Shown here: positions 13,111 to 25,481 of the stretch, in pieces | Numbering within the stretch: the first letter of the stretch is position 1 | Layout of the letters: each line of letters starts with the position of its first letter | NCBI RefSeq assembly: GCF_004010195.1 | Contig: NC_057719.1 | Location: forward strand, 18,683,159-18,747,158 | DNA length: 64,000 nt | Source: Chiloscyllium plagiosum | Lineage: Eukaryota | Direction: 5' to 3' | Translations under genes and position numbers: made by a program | Notes under the pieces: generated by a model | What the model saw: the letters and a program-made list of their open reading frames with translations, nothing else | What the model was told of the DNA's origin: nothing | Databases searched by the model: none

Positions 13111-13318
13111 GTTAAAAATCACACAACATCAGGTTATAGTCCAGCAGGTTTAATTAGAATCACCAGCTTTCAGAGCGCTGCTCCTTCATCAGGTGGTTGT
13201 GACAACAGTGCTCCGAAAGCTAGTGCTTCCAAATAAACGTGTTGGACTATAACCTGGTGTTGCGTGATTTTTAACTTTGTCCATCCCAGTCCAACACCGG
13301 CATCTCGAAATCATGACT
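13111..13318. mobile_element. PLE-derived hairpin element, family B
   Basis: Inverted arms GTTAAAAATCACACAACATCAGGTTATAGTCC and GGACTATAACCTGGTGTTGCGTGATTTTTAAC; end CCCAGTCCAACACCGGCATCTC. Confidence 0.85.
13161..13195 (-). ncRNA. Minimal hammerhead motif, family B
   Basis: Minus strand CAC-CTGATGA-A-GGAGC-AGC-GCTCT-GAA-AGCT-G-GTG; the opposite arm keeps GCTCC-GAA-AGCT-A-GTG. G at the cleavage position probably inactivates this copy. Confidence 0.65.
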
Positions 13319-14479
13319 TCCCTCATCTGGTGATGATGGGAGAGTTCCACTGTGTGCCCCATGAGGTTTTGAAGAGAACTGGAGGTTAAATTCTCAGAGT
13401 CTTTCTTTCAGGCACATGGCGAATTTTAGACATACATTGAATTGTGCTTTTCTGTTAGGAACTTCACACAGAGAAACAAAAGCAGCACGCTTGAAGACAA
13501 ATAACTGTTATCATGTCAGAGACAGCAATAGGAATAACAACAGCTGTTCATGGCTCGATTTTGTTGATGGTTGGAAAGGAAAACAGAGTTTTGAGCAAAT
13601 GGATAATTTCATTCTATCATTATTTTGGTTGTATATTTCCAATTAAAAATTTGATCTTGAATAATTTTTGAAGCTGATTGATTTTGGAATCATATTTCGA
13701 AAAGGTTATAAATGATGAACGTTTACTGTCAAGAAGACAATTCTTGTTTGCTTATAGAAATTCCTGTTTATCAACGACTGTCTAATCACCAAACTGAGTA
13801 ACAGTGTGATCCTGGTAAAACAGGGAGCACGTACCAGGAAATTAATTGATCAAGCAGAAAATTTATACTTAAAGCTCTGATGGCAAGATCATGAAGATGG
13901 GAACTGGATGATAGTGGAGTAAAGTGAGAATGAGGGCATCTGATTTTCATGAATGAATGAAGGGTTCACAGAGGCTTTTGACACTTTTGTCGCCTGCTTC
14001 TAGTTAACCCTCACCACCTTAGTCCTCACCCATCTCGTCCATCTGAATTTTGCAATCCACTGTTTCAGTTGACAAACCTCAATACCATTACGACCCAGAA
14101 TTGGATAATTCCTTCCTCAAAGCTCCAACAAGACAGTTCATGTTCTATCATCCTATATATCCTACAACCTGCACCTTGATTTTGTAGAACATTGAAGAAT
14201 ATTAAAATGTTACTAGATTCTGCCAGATCCCAGGGCCATCTTCAATGTTGCATATTAACATGTCTGGTGACAGTACATTGTATAACATTCCTGTTCTTAG
14301 AGTACAACTAACTCATAAAGAATAAGGTTATCAACTTCTAATTTTTCCCATCTGGATTTTTTGAACAAAGCAGCAATGGAAAGTCAATGCCACAGCAAAC
14401 CGAGCTCACAGCACAACCCGGAGCACATTTGTTATTTTGTAACCCAGATATTCAAAATGTATCACAAAAAAAGCAATAA

Positions 14480-14980
14480 AAAAAAGTGAATGCGAGAAAT
14501 CAGAAACAGAAATGGAAATTACTAGAAAAACTCTAGAGTTCTCGCAGCATCTGTCATCAGAAAGCAAATTTAATATTTTGGGTCCAGTGACCCTTCTTTA
14601 GAACTGTGGACTTCACCAGTTTCTTCATTTCCCCTCCCCCCACCATACCGCAGTTCCAACCTGCCAGCTCAGCACCATCCTCATGACCTATCTGACCTGA
14701 CCATCTTCCTTCCCACCTATCCGCTCCACCCTCCTCTCCAATCTATCACCTTTATCCTCACCTCCATCCACCTATTGCACTCTTAACTACCTTCTCCCCA
14801 GCCCCACCCACCTCCCATTTAGTTCTCCATCCCAGAGCTCCAGCCTCATTCCTGATGAAGGACTCCAGCCCTAATCATCGAATTTCCTGCTCCTCAGATG
14901 CTTCCTGACCTGCTGGGCTTTTCCACCACCACTCTAATCTTGACTCTGATCTCCAGCATCTGCAGTCCTCACTTTCACCA
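14480..14980. mobile_element. PLE remnant: family D inverted arm (14480-14605) joined to a pyrimidine-rich PLE 3' region ending in the family A terminus
   Basis: GGGTCCAGTGACCCTTCTTTAGAAC arm end, then a C/T-rich tract leading into ATTCCTGATGAAGG...CTCCAGCATCTGCAGTCCTCACTTTC. Confidence 0.75.
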
Positions 14981-15013
14981 CTAGTAGTTGTCAAGGCCTT
15001 GGTTATGGTGCCA

Positions 15014-16720
15014 GTCATAGAGTCATAGAGATGTACAGCACGGAAACAGACCCTTTGGTCCAACCTGTCCATTCTGACCAGATATCCGAACCCAATCTAG
15101 TCCCACCTGCCAGCACCCAGATAATATCCCTCCAAACCCTTCCTATTTATATACCTAGCCAAATGCCTCTTAAATGGTGCAATTGTACCAGCCTAGACCA
15201 CTTCCTCTGGCAGTTCATTCCATACCCGTACCACCCGCTGTGTGAAAATGTTGCCCCTTAGGTCTCTTTTATATCTCTTCCCTCTCACCCTAAACCTATG
15301 CCCTCTCATTCTGGACTCCCCAACCCCAGGGAAAAGACTTTGCCTATTTACCCTATCCATGCCCCTCATAATTTTGTAAACTTCCATAAGGTCATCCCTC
15401 AGCATCCGACACTCCAGGGAAAACAGCCCCAGCCTGTACAACCCGTCCTTACAGCTTAAATCCTCCAACCCTAGCAGCATCCTTGTTAGTCTTTTTTGAA
15501 CCCTTTCAAGTTTCACAACAAGTTTCTGATAAGAAGGAGACCAGAATTGCACACAATATTCCATCAGTGGCCTAACCAATGTCCTGTACAGCCACAACAT
15601 GACCTCCCAACTCCTCTACGCAATACTCTGACCAATAAAGGCAAGCATACCAAATGCCTTCTTCACTATCCTATCTACCTGCGACTCCACTTTCAAGGAG
15701 CTATGAACCTGCACTCCAAGGTCTCTTTGTTCAGCAACANNNNNNNNNNNNNNNNNNNNNNNNNNNNNNNNNNNNNNNNNNNNNNNNNNNNNNNNNNNNN
15801 NNNNNNNNNNNNNNNNNNNNNNNNNNNNNNNNNNNNNNNNNNNNNNNNNNNNNNNNNNNNNNNNNNNNNNNNNNNNNNNNNNNNNNNNNNNNNNNNNNNN
15901 NNNNNNNNNNNNNNNNNNNNNNNNNNNNNNNNNNNNNNNNNNNNNNNNNNNNNNNNNNNNNNNNNNNNNNNNNNNNNNNNNNNNNNNNNNNNNNNNNNNN
16001 NNNNNNNNNNNNNNNNNNNNNNNNNNNNNNNNNNNNNNNNNNNNNNNNNNNNNNNNNNNNNNNNNNNNNNNNNNNNNNNNNNNNNNNNNNNNNNNNNNNN
16101 NNNNNNNNNNNNNNNNNNNNNNNNNNNNNNNNNNNNNNNNNNNNNNNNNNNNNNNNNNNNNNNNNNNNNNNNNNNNNNNNNNNNNNNNNNNNNNNNNNNN
16201 NNNNNNNNNNNNNNNNNNNNNNNNNNNNNNNNNNNNNNNNNNNNNNNNNNNNNNNNNNNNNNNNNNNNNNNNNNNNNNNNNNNNNNNNNNNNNNNNNNNN
16301 NNNNNNNNNNNNNNNNNNNNNNNNNNNNNNNNNNNNNNNNNNNNNAGATCCTGTTGTAACCCTCTTCGCTGTCCACTACATCTCCAATTTTGGTGTCATC
16401 TGCAAACTTACTAACTGCACCTCTTATGCTCGCATCCAAATCATTTGTGTAAATCACAAAAAGTAGAGGACCCAGCACCGATCCTTGTGGCACTCCACTG
16501 GTCACAACGCTCCACCACCGCCCTCTGTCTTCTACCTTTGATCCAGTTCTGTATCCAAATGGCTAGTTCTCCCTGTATTCCATAAGATCTAACCTTGCTA
16601 ATCAGTTTCCCATGGGGAATCTTGTCGAATGCCTTATTGAAGTCCATATAGATCACATCTACCACTCTGCCCTCATCAATCCTCTTTGTTACTTCTTCAA
16701 AAAACTCAATCAAGTTTGTC
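15014..16720 (-). mobile_element. CR1 (HER1-type) LINE, 5'-truncated, RT region plus 3' end, spanning the assembly gap
   Basis: [87 protein letters not shown]; (CTCTATGA)n tail. Confidence 0.97.
15740..16345. other. Assembly gap (606 N)
   Basis: Run of N. Confidence 1.
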
Positions 16721-16774
16721 AATGTGATGTCAAGGCCCTTCATGTATGGGAGTTGGGTTAAGGACATGGGAGGA

Positions 16775-17380
16775 GACCCTAAAAGTATAGAATTCGATTT
16801 TGAGTCCAGAGGGCTACAGGGTCCCCAAGTAGAAAATGAGATGCTGTTCTTCCAGCTTGTGCTGAACTTCACTGGAGCACTGCAGCAAGCCTGAGACAGA
16901 GATATTGGCGAGGAAACATGGTGGTGTGTTGAAGGTGCAGGCAACTGGAAGCTCAGGGCAATATTTAAATACAGAACATCGGTATTCTGCAAAGCAGTCA
17001 CCCAGTTTGCATTTTGTCTCCCCAGTGTAGAGGACATGGATTGTGAGCAGTGACTACAGTAGACGAGATTGAGTGAAGTGCAAGTAAATCACTGCTTCAC
17101 CTGGCATGTGTGTATGGGGCTTTGGATACTGAGGAGGGAGGAATTAAGCAGGCAGATGATGCATTTCTGTGAATGTAAGGGAATCTGCCATGTGGGAAGG
17201 CTTTGGGAGTGGAAGAGGAGTGAGCTAGAGTGTCTCGGAAGGAGCAGTCCCTGCGGAAGGCTGATAAGAGAAGGAGCAGTCCCTGCGGAAGGCTGACAAG
17301 GGAGGGGAGGGAAATATGTGCCTGGGTGTGGTATCCCACTGGAAGTGGTGGAAATGGTAGCTAATGATCCTTGATAATGT
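16775..17380 (-). mobile_element. Penelope-like element fragment, GIY-YIG endonuclease region, decayed
   Basis: With stops/frameshifts the minus strand reads FTCTSLNLVYCSHCSQ..LYTGETKCKLGDCFAEY...KLEEQHLIFYLGTL; internal 24-bp repeat at 17241 and 17273. Confidence 0.85.
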
Positions 17381-18139
17381 GTCACCCAATATGGGTCCAG
17401 TTATTATGACTGACTGCAAGTTGTTTTGCTATAAACGGGACGTGGTAAAATTAGGACATGCTGAGGTTTGCCTTAGTGCTATAGGTGCCACTACACCGCA
17501 TTGGGACATCTACAGCATGCCTAAATGCTTCCGGTGCTGGGCCTGTTGAGTGCAGTTTTGGTGATGGCATTAGTGCAGACTCTGGGAATGTCTACTGGAA
17601 GCAAACAGTGCAGGCAAGTAGAGATGTCAACCTGTGTATAGTGCTGACTTGCTATTAATCCTAATATCTTGGAATTCATCTACAGTTAGTGTTGTTTCTT
17701 ATACACACAGCAGAACATGATTCAGCACTGGGGTGAATCTTTCATCAACACTATTTAAACTGATCATCAAAGACTTTCAGGTTATTCCTTGGCTGATCTC
17801 TCGTGGTTATGGTTGTAATTGTAGAAGTGTCAAGTATGTTCCTAAACTGTGTAATATTACTGAAGTTGATAGGGTGTGGAGTGCCATATGCTGGCAGCCT
17901 TGCTCATGATTTCAAGGTTTCTGCACAACTCGCTTGCTCCCAGGGATGGGTCTAATCATTTTATCCTCTGCAGTATCCTGCTTGACAGGACAATATGAGC
18001 AGAGGTGATACAGAACTGTCCAAGACGCTAGAAAGGGAAACGAAGGAATTGGAAAGGGAGATGGGTTCTCAGCAAAGGTCATATTCACTGTGCCCAGTGA
18101 GCAATTAAATTTCAGTGATGTAGTGTGTGTCCATTTAGA

Positions 18140-18285
18140 AGCAGAAGGACTGCGAATGTTGGAAATCTGAAACAATGAAATATTGGAGAACTCAAAAGGT
18201 CTAGCAGCATTTGCAGATAGATGTACAGTTAATGTTTCACTTCTTCAGAATCCTGTTCAGGCCAGCTGAGTTTCTCCAGCTTGTG
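18140..18285. mobile_element. PLE family D hairpin remnant
   Basis: GGAGAACTCAAAAGGTCTAGCAGCAT...GTTAATGTTTC...TTCAGAA then CTGAGTTTCTCCAGC. Confidence 0.6.
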
Positions 18286-18289
18286 TGAG

Positions 18290-21200
18290 CCCTTTCTGCT
18301 TGACTGGAGAAAACATGCTAACTGCAGCCATCAGCACAACCTTAGAGCAGGACAAGCAATGTGAACTTTGACATGTTAGACTCCTTCTAAGATGGAGTAG
18401 CAACATCTCCCAGGTTATTGTCCACTGTTGTGTAAAACAGAACATTGAATCTTCATATTGCAAGATCTAAATAAATTTAATTCTCCTTTGCTGGAGAGAA
18501 GCAGATTGCTTCATGAAGATTGTAAGCTTGCTTATGGTATAACATTTCAATGATTACCCACACTGTAGGCACCATGTGTAAACTCTGAGACGTACTTCAG
18601 CTGAAAGGGATTTCAGTCTCTCAATGCCAAGCTGGAGTTCAACTATGTACAACATAAAAAGCAGTTCAATACTTTATACTGTGATCCAGATGTTTTCATT
18701 CCATGATAGTGGGATGTATATTGGGTGATAAGGACTATCTACTGACCATAGCCTACAACTTATACACATGGGAACAGTGTGTATATTGCTAAACGCCCTG
18801 CTACCGTGCAGGAAGTATCAAGCACACCATTTGTTTCCATTATTTGTCTGAGGACTCCTGCCATTCTGATCAAAATATTTCCAAAGGTTTTTCACAACTT
18901 CACCAAGAGAGGGCAGCTCTTGGCACCAATGGTGTGGTGATTAGCTGAGGATGAAGAGGGAAGAAATGCATGAGGAAGAAGTGAATGAAAAGGGGAAGAG
19001 GCAACTGACACAGCCCTTTTTTTTGCTGCATTCTCCATGATTAATTCATCTGACTGTTACTGGTAAATCTAGCCCTAATTTCCTATTCATAAAATGTTCT
19101 ACGATTTATCTTGCCTCTGTAACTGACCATCAGAGATTTTCTTGGCCACAATGCTGAAATCACCACAAAATAAACATTTGAAATCAATTTTAAAAACTCG
19201 GCCATGTACAGAAAGTACAACACGCCAATTATGTATGTGCTCTCAGTGTTTGTCTCCTTTTCTAATCATCATGCTCCCATTCAGTGCTACTCCAGTAACT
19301 GTAGTATGGCTGATGGGAAGCTGCTAACTTTTAGCAGGAAAGATGATTTTTCAGAATGCAGTCCAGCAGCTCTGGCTAAAGAAGACCAGACTTCAGTCGA
19401 CACTGTCACAGTATAGCTGAAAGGCAGCAGCAAGGGCATTGGCAGAATTGGAGTGACAGCCAAGCAAGTTGTGCTACAAGAGAAGAACTGGAACTTACTC
19501 AACAAGACCACTTTATCCACCACCTCCTCCACTTCCATTTCTCAGCGTGCTGTTAGTAATTATAATAAACAGCATGATAGTGAGCTGAGCTAGTATGAGT
19601 GCTGTCTGAGCTGTTGTGACAGGACATGAGCACCCATGAGTTCACCAGCAACTGGGCTATTCCAATGTCAGGTGGATTTGGAAACTGGGACATTGTACAT
19701 TCTGGTTGGTTCTGCAAGTGTTACAAGGAGTTGGCCACCATTTCCACACTGGAGATGATAGGACTCCAACTCTGCACAAAACCTAATGCCATGTTGGTGC
19801 TAGCTTCTTCCATGCTCCTTGATATTGTACCTGTGGGAGGCTTCCCAATGCATCAAGCATTTCATGATGCATACACTTCATTGTAGGCCATTCCATTGAA
19901 GTCATCATCAGAATCTCCTGCAGAAGAACTCATGAATGATCTCACATCCAGTGAACTGCACTTTGCTTATCCCCTGCCTGGCTGCAGGTCATGTGCACTC
20001 ATGTGCTGGTCCTTCCTCGAACACAACCTCTAAAAATGTGCAGTGTCAATATCTGAGCACTTGGCTATGAGTGCTAGAGCAAGGCTATATTTCTCTTTTG
20101 TCACAGTTGTCCAGCTGTTCCACAATTGCAGTAGCTGAAGAGCTGAAAGAAAGAATGAAGGCAGAGTCATAGAGAAAGGTGCATTCACTTGCTGCTTCTA
20201 GATTAGATGTAATTGAGGGATTAGGGCATAACGGGACATGAGAAGGAAGATTAGGAATGAGTATGTTGTCATCCTCCTTGTTTTTCGACCTGCTGCTGAC
20301 CATGGCCCTTATGATTAGATGACTTACAGTGTGGAAACAGGCCCTTTGGCCCAACAAGTCCACACCGACCCGCCGAAGCGTAACCCACCCATTCCCCTAC
20401 ATTTACCCAACACTATGGGCAATTTAGCATGGCCAGTTCACCTGACCTGCACATCTTTGGACTGTTGGAGGAAACCCACGCAGACACGGGGAGAATGTGC
20501 AAACTCCACACAGTCAGTCGCCTGAGTCGGGAATTGAACCCGGATCTCTGGCGCTGTGAGGCAGCAATGCTAACCACTGTGCCACCATGCCGCCCGGCAC
20601 GGTGAGCATTGTCTTCTCCATCAGGCTTAGGCCAAGTTGTTGTGCCTCTTCCCTGCCTCTTGTCTCTGGTTTGGTGCCAACTTGCTCTTCAAGGCAGATA
20701 TGAGTGCATCAGTGACGTTGGGCCTTTGTAATTGGTGGTGTGACTGTCATGGTTGAATAGCTGAGAGTTTGTACAGGCGGTGAGATGTGAACCTGTGTTG
20801 CAGCAGTGCTAAGTGTGTGAGAGTATACTCTAAATGTGACTCATTAATCGTGATTGCTAAAGATTGTTGGTGCCTGATAGATGGCGGTATGGTGCATTTA
20901 ACAGTCTCTGAGGCTAATGTGGTGATTTGAAGATATATTTGCCTGCCTTGGCAATTTGGTTGAGGTCAGTGAATGTCTTGCATTATTGCATCCAAGTCCC
21001 TAGGCTAGAAGGATGGTTTGACCACCACAGCTATCTGGTCCCATTATCCTCTGCGATTTTTTTTTCTTGAGGGTTAGTGTGGTTTGGGAAAGTCTTGGAA
21101 CTGCATACTTCCACATTGTGCTAGACTTTGATCACACTCATCTGCTACCAGTTCCAATAGCTGCCCCAGCCAGAAATAATATTCCCTTAAAGAGATGCAA

Positions 21201-21420
21201 GCTAGTTTGAAGTGGTGTTAGCTTTTCACAATTATATCCCCTGCTCAGGCATGTAGCTGCGGCACAGCCTGCTTAATGCTGCCGCCTGCTTTGTGCTGGC
21301 CACTTGCCATAGTCATTTGAATGAGTGGGCAGCCCAAAGTTTGTCAGCATCGGGAGGACAGCATGAGTTAATCACACATTGCAAACCATGCAACTGTTGT
21401 TGTGTCTCTTCAAATTTTAT
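18290..21420. mobile_element. Fossil PIF/Harbinger transposon 1: transposase on + (~18290-18960), Myb/SANT gene on - (~19100-21130)
   Basis: + strand KGFQSLNAKL (~18604) and GCILGDKDYLL (~18712) match KGFHSxNVQL and GWLLGDKGYPL. Minus strand WDQIAVVV...RTWMQ*CKTFTDLNQIAK (~20945-21045), then KLAPNQR...LMEKTMLTII. Confidence 0.75.
20313..20595 (-). mobile_element. HE1-type SINE, young, inserted in the Harbinger Myb gene
   Basis: Head GGGCGGCATGGTGGCACAGTGGTTAGCA, B-box GGTTCAATTCC, tail GGGCCTGTTTCCACACTGTAAG. Confidence 0.95.
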
Positions 21421-21809
21421 CATATATATTTTACTCACCTATTGTATAAATGCACAGTAAAAACAAACACAATATGAGGGCAGTGAATTGTATGCATTTA
21501 GGCTTATCCGTGTTTTTCACTTCACGATATAGAAATTGCACAATATTTGGGTTCTTTTGTATACATTACATCTCAACCATTCTTCCAATTGCCCTTCATA
21601 GTGATAGAACCAACAGGGAGTTGAGAATTAATTTACTTTAGGCAGCAGTTTTTTATGATCTGCAATGTACTGCCTGAAAGGATGATGGGTATAGGTTCTG
21701 TAGTTTCTTTCAAGAGAAAATTGTACAAATATTTCCCAAGTAACAGTTTGTAGGTCTTTGGGCAAAGAGGGTAAGAAGAGAAATAAATAATTTGAATAGC
21801 TCAGTCACG

Positions 21810-22150
21810 GTGAATACTCCAGTGCAAACCTGAGGGAGTGCAACACTGTTAGAGCATTAAACCAGAATCCCTTCTGCACTCTCAGCTGGACCAAAAGGTT
21901 TCCATGGACTGTTTTGAAGAAATAAGAGGATTGTCCTCACTGTCTCAACCAAAGTTTATCCAACAATCAACATCGTAAAAACCCAATGTCTTTATCACAT
22001 TGCAGTATGTGGGAGCTTGCTGTGTACAAATTAGCTGCTGCATTTCCTACATTACAACAGCAAATGTGCTTTAACATATCTTTCATTGACTGGAAAGTGG
22101 ATTAGGAAGCATAGTAGTCCGTGAAAACATTATACAAAAAAGAAACCTTT
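21810..22150 (+). mobile_element. Deu-domain SINE
   Basis: ATCACATTGCAGTATGTGGGAGCTTGCTGTGTACAAATTAGCTGCTGCATTTCCTACATTACAACAG. Confidence 0.8.
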
Positions 22151-23239
22151 CTCTAGCATTCAGCTGATGGGTCAAATAGTCTTCTCCTATGCAGTAAGAT
22201 TCTAAGATTCTATAAGAAATAAATCTATCCTATGTTGCATTTGCTTGAGATTCTGGCTCCTTGTATGTGGGGTGTAAACAACTGGTGACACCTCAAACTA
22301 AACTTGTTGGGGTAAAGTTAGGTAAAGCATATAGACCCTTCAGCCAGTTAACAATGAACTCTAAAATGTTCAAGGTGAGAAGGGAGATGAGGAAATACTG
22401 CTGCTAATGTGGGCATTGTACCAATAAAATCAAATGACTTAATTTCCCATTTCAGAATCGAATAGGATTTGGCTGCTAGAATCTGGAATACAAATAATGC
22501 CATATATCAGTGAGGAAAGAGTTGGTGGGTGATTGCTAGAGAAAGGATGTGTTGCCACAGCTTTCAATGGGTTAAAATATTATTACTCCTCCTCCACTAG
22601 TAGAAAAAAAATCCTGTAATCAAAAGCATCTGCCATGGGCTTTTGGTCAGAAATTTAATTGGCTGTGGACAGGCTTTACTGCCTTTATTACTTTTAATCA
22701 CTTTACTGCTGCTGATTGCTGGAGCCAATGGGAAATTTAATATGTGTCAATACAATATTGGGATTGTCTGCATATTCAGCCAGTGATTAACTGCGCCAGG
22801 GTCCATCACAGTGGCAACATTATTGTGTTAGCTACCTCTTGGGAAATGTGAAATTAAATTACATTAAAAAATGTTGTTGATTATCATTAGAGACTTATTT
22901 GTAGTGTACAATTACTGATATGTTGTAAAATAAATCAATCTTTTTTTTATCCTCCATGTACAAATTAGTTGTAATGTTGAAGAGCTGAGCATGAGCAAGG
23001 AGGCTCATTGAAGGTACCAGTCAGTATTGCATAAACACGGGCAATTTGCCGCTCTACAACTGTTCTGAGGCTTTTTATGCATTTTTTCTGCAGTTATTAT
23101 CCCCTCTACCTGACTGAAGCTAAAGAGGGATTTAGGCGATCATTCCTCCTTGTGTCGTCTGTTGTATAATACTTGCCACCCTACTTAAAGAATGACTTTA
23201 ATCTGTGTTAAAAATGTTAAACTTGGACAGCAAAGAAGA

Positions 23240-23405
23240 AAAAAATTCTTGCATGTGTAGCATGCAGATTGTAGCAAAACACTTTATTGCTGATTAATTA
23301 CTTCTGAAGTGCAGTCATGGCTGTCACTTTAGAAAATCCAGTGGCCAGGTGACAGACAGCAAGCTCCCATAAGCAATGAAACAAATGACCACGTCATTTG
23401 TTTTC
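23240..23405 (-). mobile_element. Deu-domain SINE 3' fragment
   Basis: Reverse complement GGGAGCTTGCTGTC...GACTGCACTTCAGAAGTAATTAAT. Confidence 0.6.
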
Positions 23406-23431
23406 AATGACCACGTCATTTGTTTTCAATG
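23384..23431. repeat. 22-bp perfect tandem duplication
   Basis: AATGACCACGTCATTTGTTTTC twice, plus AATG. Confidence 0.95.
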
Positions 23432-23509
23432 TTATTCGTATTAGTTGGAATAAGACTTTTCATTGACAATAATGGCAAGGATAACAGTGCTCACCAGTAT
23501 TGTGGAGTC

Positions 23510-23843
23510 CATCAGCAACTTTCAAAAACCCCTCCCAACCCAGTTAGACTCTCTCCATCCTTCTTCCACCGGCAGAAGATACAACAATTTGAAAACACGT
23601 GCCAATAGATTCAAAACCAGCTTCTTCCCGTCGGTTAATAAAACTTATGAATGGACTTCTCATATATTGGAGTTGCTCTTTCTCTGCACTTTCTCTGTCA
23701 TTGGAACACTATATTCTGCATTTTGTTCTAATTCCCTGACACACTTACGTAAGATATGGTTTGTCTGGTTAGCATGCAAAATAATACTTTTCACTGTATC
23801 TTGATTTATGTGACCATATTAAACCAAATCAAATCAAATCAAA
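23510..23843 (+). mobile_element. Rex1/Babar-type LINE 3' end
   Basis: TGRRYNNLKTRANRFKTSFFP matches the PSGRRYR..RTxRFxNSFFP C-terminal motif; (AAATC)n tail. Confidence 0.8.
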
Positions 23844-23959
23844 TATATGCAATTCATTCTGGAAAGTGCGTTTTAACCTGCTCTTTCACCGATTGCACTG
23901 GACCAGTACCTCACCGAAATGTGACATTGAAATTCATACAAGGCAATGATGTTGCTGTA

Positions 23960-24170
23960 TTTAACATGGCTGGATGGCTGGTTTGTGATGCAAAGCAATA
24001 CCAGCAGCATTCATTCAATCCCCATACTGGCTGAGGTTACTATCAAATGTCCTGACTTGCCCCTTGCCTGAGGTGTGGTGAGTCTCAGGTTAAACCATCC
24101 ACCAGTCATATCTCCTTCTGTTGGGAGAGCAGTCCTCTGGCCCTCTGCCACTATTGGTGGCTTTATTTTT
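23960..24170 (+). mobile_element. Old tRNA-derived SINE (tentatively LF-SINE-like)
   Basis: TTCAATCCCCATACTGGCTGAGG...CCCCTTGCCTGAGGTGTGGTGAGTCTCAGGTTAAACCA; family assignment from recall only. Confidence 0.5.
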
Positions 24171-24584
24171 GAACCATCATCTACGTAAACCAGAGAATGT
24201 CAGGGTTCCAGCATTCAGAGGTAAAAGAATTTTGAACAGCATGATCAATTGTAATTATTACTGACCAACCTCTCTGGCACTGGAAATCATGTGGTATCTC
24301 TTTCCTTCAGGATAGATAATTAGTGTTGGAGTCATTTGTAGTGATACCCATCATAGGAAATCTGGTGGTTGCCATAAGGAAGAAGTACCAGTGCAGATCT
24401 TCAGTCAATCAGCTTGACGTATCCTGACTGGAGTCAGGAAGACTCTATGAAGGGATGAAGATGGTGGACAAGGGTCAGTCCCACGATTCCTGATCTCATT
24501 CTCAAGATTTTCAATTTCCACTAGGGCTAGTTAGGGATTTAAATTGGGCCGGATGTCTTCCAGGATAACCATGAGTGATTCCTC

Positions 24585-25031
24585 TAGGGTTGGAGGCCTT
24601 GAGCTGTAGGGAGAGACTGAATAGGCTGTGGCTATTCTCCCTGGAATGTCAGAGGCTGACCTTGTAGAAGTTTATAAAATCATGAGGGGCACAGATCAGG
24701 GAATGAGCAAAGACCTTTCCCCCAGGGTAGGGAAGTATAAAGCTAGTGGGCTTAGGTTTGGGGTTAGTGGGGAAAGACTTAAAAGGGACTCAAGGGGCAA
24801 ATCTTTCATGCAAAGGGTGGTGCATGTATGGAATGAGCTGCCAGAGCAAGTGGTGAGGCTGATATAATTATAACATTTAAAAAGCATCTGGATGGATTTA
24901 TGAATAGGAAGGGTTTAAAGGGATATCGACCATATGCTGGCAAATGGGACGAGATTAATTTAGGATATCTGATCGGCATGGACGAGTTGGACTGAATGAT
25001 CTTTTTCAATGCTGTACATCTCTATGACTCT
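24585..25031 (+). mobile_element. CR1 LINE 3' end
   Basis: DLVEVYKIMRG...FMQRVVHVWNELPEQVV; CTCTATGACTCT tail. Confidence 0.93.
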
Positions 25032-25120
25032 TTGATGTGCATCAAGACTATCATGAAGCCCAGGAATTCTTCAGAAAGGTAAGTTTTAAAAAAAAAACCC
25101 GTCTGAAATTGACTATCAGT

Positions 25121-25481
25121 ATGGTTAAGGAAAAGAAATGCCATGCTGCCATGAAGGATGCCAGGAAAACATCGGGTGCCACCAAAGAATGTCAAGAAGA
25201 AGAGAAGGTCCAGGAAAGAGAGTTACTCCACCTATATCTACAACGGGATGAAGCAGGTTCGCCCCAACACCAGCATCTCCTCCAAGGCCATGTTGGTCAA
25301 CGATATTTTCAAGGACATTGCAGTGGAGATTTCCCGCCTGGCCCGTTACAACAAGCCCAGCACCATCATCTCCTGGGAGATCCAGGCCAACTCCCTGTGG
25401 CTGCTGCTACCCAGGGAGCTGACCAAGCACGCCGTGTCAGAGGGGGCATAGGCAGTGACCGAGTACACCTGCTCCAAACGA
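25121..25481 (+). pseudogene. Histone H2B pseudogene
   Basis: ATG at 25121 (MVKEKK...), a frameshift, then [93 protein letters not shown]. Five-codon deletion, premature TAG at 25449-25451, no histone stem-loop downstream. Confidence 0.95.

Noticed and set aside
15496..16505. 270-287 aa ORFs
   Set aside because: Artefacts of translating through the N run.
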